Source: Alphaproteobacteria bacterium (GTDB lineage Bacteria; Pseudomonadota; Alphaproteobacteria; MPNO01). Taken from it: a stretch of DNA of 64,000 nucleotides. Below the pieces are notes generated by a model. That model did not search any database. It worked only from the letters and a program-made list of their open reading frames with translations, and was not told where the DNA came from. Where the stretch lies: positions 32,001 through 96,000 of the forward strand of contig CBDFLJ010000001.1 in assembly GCA_965248835.1 (NCBI GenBank), written 5' to 3'. The translations under genes were made by a program, and so were the position numbers. Positions 60,904 through 64,000 of the stretch are shown here, piece after piece (the first letter of the stretch is position 1; each line of letters begins with the position of its first letter).

Positions 60904-62157
60904 ATGGGCCCGGCGGAGACCCTGCGCCGCCTGTTCGAGACCGCCGTGGCGGCGGTGAGCCCCGAGGCCGTGCTGCCGGCCCATCTGCCGGCGGCGCCGT
61001 CCGGGCGGACGGTCGTGATCGGTTTCGGCAAGGCGGCCGCGGCGATGGCGCGTGCCTTCGAGGACCACTGGCCCGGTCCGGTCTCCGGCTTCGCGGTGAC
61101 GCGCTACGGCCACGCGGTGCCGTGCAAGCGGATCGAGGTAATCGAGGCCGGCCATCCGGTACCCGACGGCGCCGCGGTCGCGGCGGCCGAGCGCGCGCTT
61201 TCGGCGGTCTCCGGGCTCGGTGCGGAGGACCTGGTGATCTGCCTGGTTTCCGGCGGGGGCTCGGCGCTCCTGTGCCGCCCGGGACCCGGCATCACGCTTG
61301 CCGACAAGCGGGCGATCACCAGCGCGCTGCTCGCCTGCGGTGCCGCGATCGGCGAGATCAACTGCGTCCGCAAGCACCTGTCGGGCATCAAGGGAGGAAG
61401 GCTCGCCGCCGCCGCTGCGCCCGCACAGGTCCTGACACTGGCGATCTCCGACGTGCCGGGCGACGAACCCGCGACCATCGCATCCGGTCCCACGGTCGCC
61501 GATCCGACCAGCACCGATGACGCGCGCGCGGTCCTGCTCGCCTACGGGATCGAGCCCGCGGACCCGGTCCGCTGGCTGCTGGCGAGCGCTGCCGGACGGA
61601 CGCCCAAGGCGCTGCCCAACGCGCGGTTCACGATCATTGCGCGCGCCGCCGATGCTCTGGCCGCCGCCGCGGCGGAAGCTCGGCGGGCGGGCATTGCCCC
61701 CACCGTGCTGGGCGATGACCTCGCCGGCGAGGCCGCAGATCTCGGCCGCGCGCACGCAGCGCTGGCCCGCCGGGCACCGGACGGCGTGATCCTGTCGGGC
61801 GGCGAGACCACGGTCAGCCTGCCCCGCCCCGATCACGGGCGCGGCGGGCGCAACACCGAATACCTGCTGGCGTTGGCCGTCGCGCTCGACAGCGCCCCCG
61901 GCATCCATGCGATCGCCTGCGACACCGACGGCTTGGACGGCACCCAGGACAATGCCGGTGCGATCATCGGCCCGGACACGCTGGCGCGCGCGCGGCACGC
62001 CGGTCTCGATCCGCGCGCGGCGCTGGCCGAGCACCGCAGCTACGATTTCTTCGAGGCTCTTGGCGATCTCGTTGTAACCGGACCGACACGGACCAATGTC
62101 AATGATTTCCGGGCGATTCTGATCAACACTGGCTCCGCGCCGGCAATCGGCCTATAG
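60904..62157 (+). CDS. Glycerate 2-kinase (TtuD/MOFRL family)
   Basis: GKAAAAMA, SGGGSAL, RKHLSGIKGG, GGETTV, GGRN, TGPTRTNVND. Confidence 0.92.
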   Translation: MGPAETLRRLFETAVAAVSPEAVLPAHLPAAPSGRTVVIGFGKAAAAMARAFEDHWPGPVSGFAVTRYGHAVPCKRIEVIEAGHPVPDGAAVAAAERALSAVSGLGAEDLVICLVSGGGSALLCRPGPGITLADKRAITSALLACGAAIGEINCVRKHLSGIKGGRLAAAAAPAQVLTLAISDVPGDEPATIASGPTVADPTSTDDARAVLLAYGIEPADPVRWLLASAAGRTPKALPNARFTIIARAADALAAAAAEARRAGIAPTVLGDDLAGEAADLGRAHAALARRAPDGVILSGGETTVSLPRPDHGRGGRNTEYLLALAVALDSAPGIHAIACDTDGLDGTQDNAGAIIGPDTLARARHAGLDPRAALAEHRSYDFFEALGDLVVTGPTRTNVNDFRAILINTGSAPAIGL

Positions 62158-62179
62158 ACCTGCGCAACGGCGGACGGAG

Positions 62180-63598
62180 ATGAGACGGCACAGACGCACC
62201 AAGATCGTGGCCACGCTGGGTCCGGCGAGCGGGACGGCCGAGACCATCGAAGCGCTGTTCGATGCCGGCGCGGATGTCTTCCGGCTCAATTTCAGCCATG
62301 GCAGCCAGGAACAGCACGCAGAGCGCGTGCGCTGGCTGCGCGCTCTGGAACACCGCACCGGGCGGCCGATCGGCATCCTGATGGATTTGCAGGGGCCCAA
62401 GCCGCGGCTGGGCAGGATCGACGACGGTGCCGCGCTGATCGAGGCCGGCGCGCGCTTCCGGCTCGACCTGTCGCCGGAGCCCGGCTGCGCCCGCCGCGCA
62501 CCGCTGCCCCACCCGGAGGTCTTCGAGGTCCTCCATGAGGGCGCGGAACTGCTGATCGACGACGGCAAGATCCGCCTGGTGGTCCGCGAGGCGACCGCCG
62601 ACCACGCGGTCACCGAGGTGGCGGCCGGCGGCCGGCTGACCGACCACAAGGGCGTGAACCTGCCGCAGGTCGTGCTGCCGATCTCGGCGCTGACCGACAA
62701 GGACCGGCGCGATCTGGAGTTCGGCCTGAGCCTGGGGGTCGACTGGGTCGGGCTGAGCTTCGTCCAGCGCCCCGACGATGTCGCCGAGGCGCGCGCGCTG
62801 ATCGGCGACCGCGCCGCGGTGATGAGCAAGCTCGAGAAGCCAGAGGCGATCCAGCAGCTCGACGAGATCCTGGCGCTGTCGGACGGTGTGATGGTCGCAC
62901 GCGGCGATCTCGGCGTCGAGCTGCCGCCGGAAGACGTGCCGAGCATCCAGAAGCAGATCGTCCGCCGCTGCCGCGAGGTCGGCAAGCCGGTGGTGGTCGC
63001 CACCCAGATGCTGGAATCTATGATCAACGCGCCCGCGCCGACCCGGGCCGAGGCCTCCGACGTCGCTACCGCTGTCTATGACGGCGCCGATTCGGTGATG
63101 TTGTCCGCCGAGACCGCAGCCGGCGCCTACCCGTGCGAGGCGGTCGCGATCATGAACCGGATCATCCAGCGGGTCGAGCGCGACGACGGCTACCGCGCGA
63201 TCATGGATGCGGTGCACCCCGGCCCGGAGGAGACCGCTTCCGATGCGATCAGCGTTGCCGCGGCACAGGTCGCCAGCACCCTCAAAGCGGCGGCCATCGT
63301 CACCTTCACTACATCGGGCTCGACCGCGCTCCGGGCCTCGCGCGAGCGGCCGACGGTGCCGATCCTGTTGCTGACCGAATCCGAGTCGACCGCTCGGCGG
63401 CTGGCGCTGGCCTGGGGAGTCCACTGCGTGGTCACCGAGGACGTGCGCGACTTCGCCGACATGGTGAACAAGGCTTGCCACATCGCCCAGCGCGAAGAGT
63501 TCGCGCTTACCGGCGAGCGCGTGGTGATCACCGCCGGCGTCCCCTTCGGCACGCCGGGCACGACCAACATCCTGCGGATCGCCTCGATCAGCCACTAA
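62180..63598 (+). CDS. pyk: Pyruvate kinase
   Basis: TKIVATLGPAS, RLNFSHG, MVARGDLGVE, ATQMLESM, PTRAE. Confidence 0.97.
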   Translation: MRRHRRTKIVATLGPASGTAETIEALFDAGADVFRLNFSHGSQEQHAERVRWLRALEHRTGRPIGILMDLQGPKPRLGRIDDGAALIEAGARFRLDLSPEPGCARRAPLPHPEVFEVLHEGAELLIDDGKIRLVVREATADHAVTEVAAGGRLTDHKGVNLPQVVLPISALTDKDRRDLEFGLSLGVDWVGLSFVQRPDDVAEARALIGDRAAVMSKLEKPEAIQQLDEILALSDGVMVARGDLGVELPPEDVPSIQKQIVRRCREVGKPVVVATQMLESMINAPAPTRAEASDVATAVYDGADSVMLSAETAAGAYPCEAVAIMNRIIQRVERDDGYRAIMDAVHPGPEETASDAISVAAAQVASTLKAAAIVTFTTSGSTALRASRERPTVPILLLTESESTARRLALAWGVHCVVTEDVRDFADMVNKACHIAQREEFALTGERVVITAGVPFGTPGTTNILRIASISH

Positions 63599-63687
63599 GC
63601 GCCGGCACCGGCTCGATCGGGTTGGAACACGCACCGGCGGGTCTGCTATCTTCGCCCGTCCGGCCAATGCCGCAGGAGCGATTTCGC

Positions 63688-64000
63688 ATGACTGTCACCG
63701 TCACCCCCTTGTCCGATGTCTGCGGGGCGGAGATCACCGGGGTGGATCTGCGCAAGCCGCTGTCGGCGGAAGACATCGCCGCGGTCTATCGGGCCTGGCT
63801 CGACCACCAGGTCGTGGTGTTCCGCGACCAGGATTTGAGCCCGGCGGACCAGAAGCGCGCCTGCGCGAATTTCGGCGAGGTCGGCGAATACAGCCGGCCG
63901 AGATCGCGCCAGCATCCGGAATACGCCAGCGACGAGATCATGCTGGTCTCCAACATCCGGGATAAGGACGGCCACCCCATCGGCGCCCACCCCGATGGCG
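63688..64000 (+). CDS. TauD/TfdA family dioxygenase, N-terminal part (runs off the window edge)
   Basis: Hand translation: MTVTVTPLSDVCGAEITGVDLRKPL...WLDHQVVVFRDQDLS...FG...VSN. AGGAG RBS upstream. Confidence 0.85.
   Translation, partial: MTVTVTPLSDVCGAEITGVDLRKPLSAEDIAAVYRAWLDHQVVVFRDQDLSPADQKRACANFGEVGEYSRPRSRQHPEYASDEIMLVSNIRDKDGHPIGAHPDG

Overview
High-GC (roughly 68-70% by eye) chromosomal window, most likely from a Rhodospirillales-like alphaproteobacterium (inferred from the accA-xerD-aroK-aroB-corC synteny and the sahR-metF-metH operon). Housekeeping genes include a tyrS 5' end, pyc, ettA, mlaA/mlaC, sahR-metF-metH, uvrD, prmA, aminopeptidase P, accA, xerD, aroK, aroB, glycerate kinase and pyk. 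Between them lie uncharacterised catabolic clusters. (i) 2.2-11.4 kb: an XecA/MetE-like Zn enzyme divergent from SDR, a salicylate-type adenylating enzyme, an amidohydrolase and pyc, with a convergent FAH-family hydrolase. (ii) 34.4-42.6 kb: a three-subunit Mo hydroxylase plus deaminase, divergent from quinone oxidoreductase, HupE/UreJ and an orphan DUF1116. (iii) 42.7-52.7 kb: a VOC/LLM/hydrolase/CoA-ligase operon whose EamA transporter is split by a complete 1,292-bp IS5-family element with an AGTT target duplication. Also seen: two HtrA-like paralogues lacking the canonical catalytic triad, a GNAT gene with a nonsense codon, a frameshifted second EamA gene, two small proteins hidden in or absent from the ORF track, a SahR box, a LysR-type box and a perfect 3x16-bp tandem repeat. 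No rRNA, tRNA or CRISPR array was seen. Family assignments come from motif recognition, not database searches, and pathway proposals are inference.
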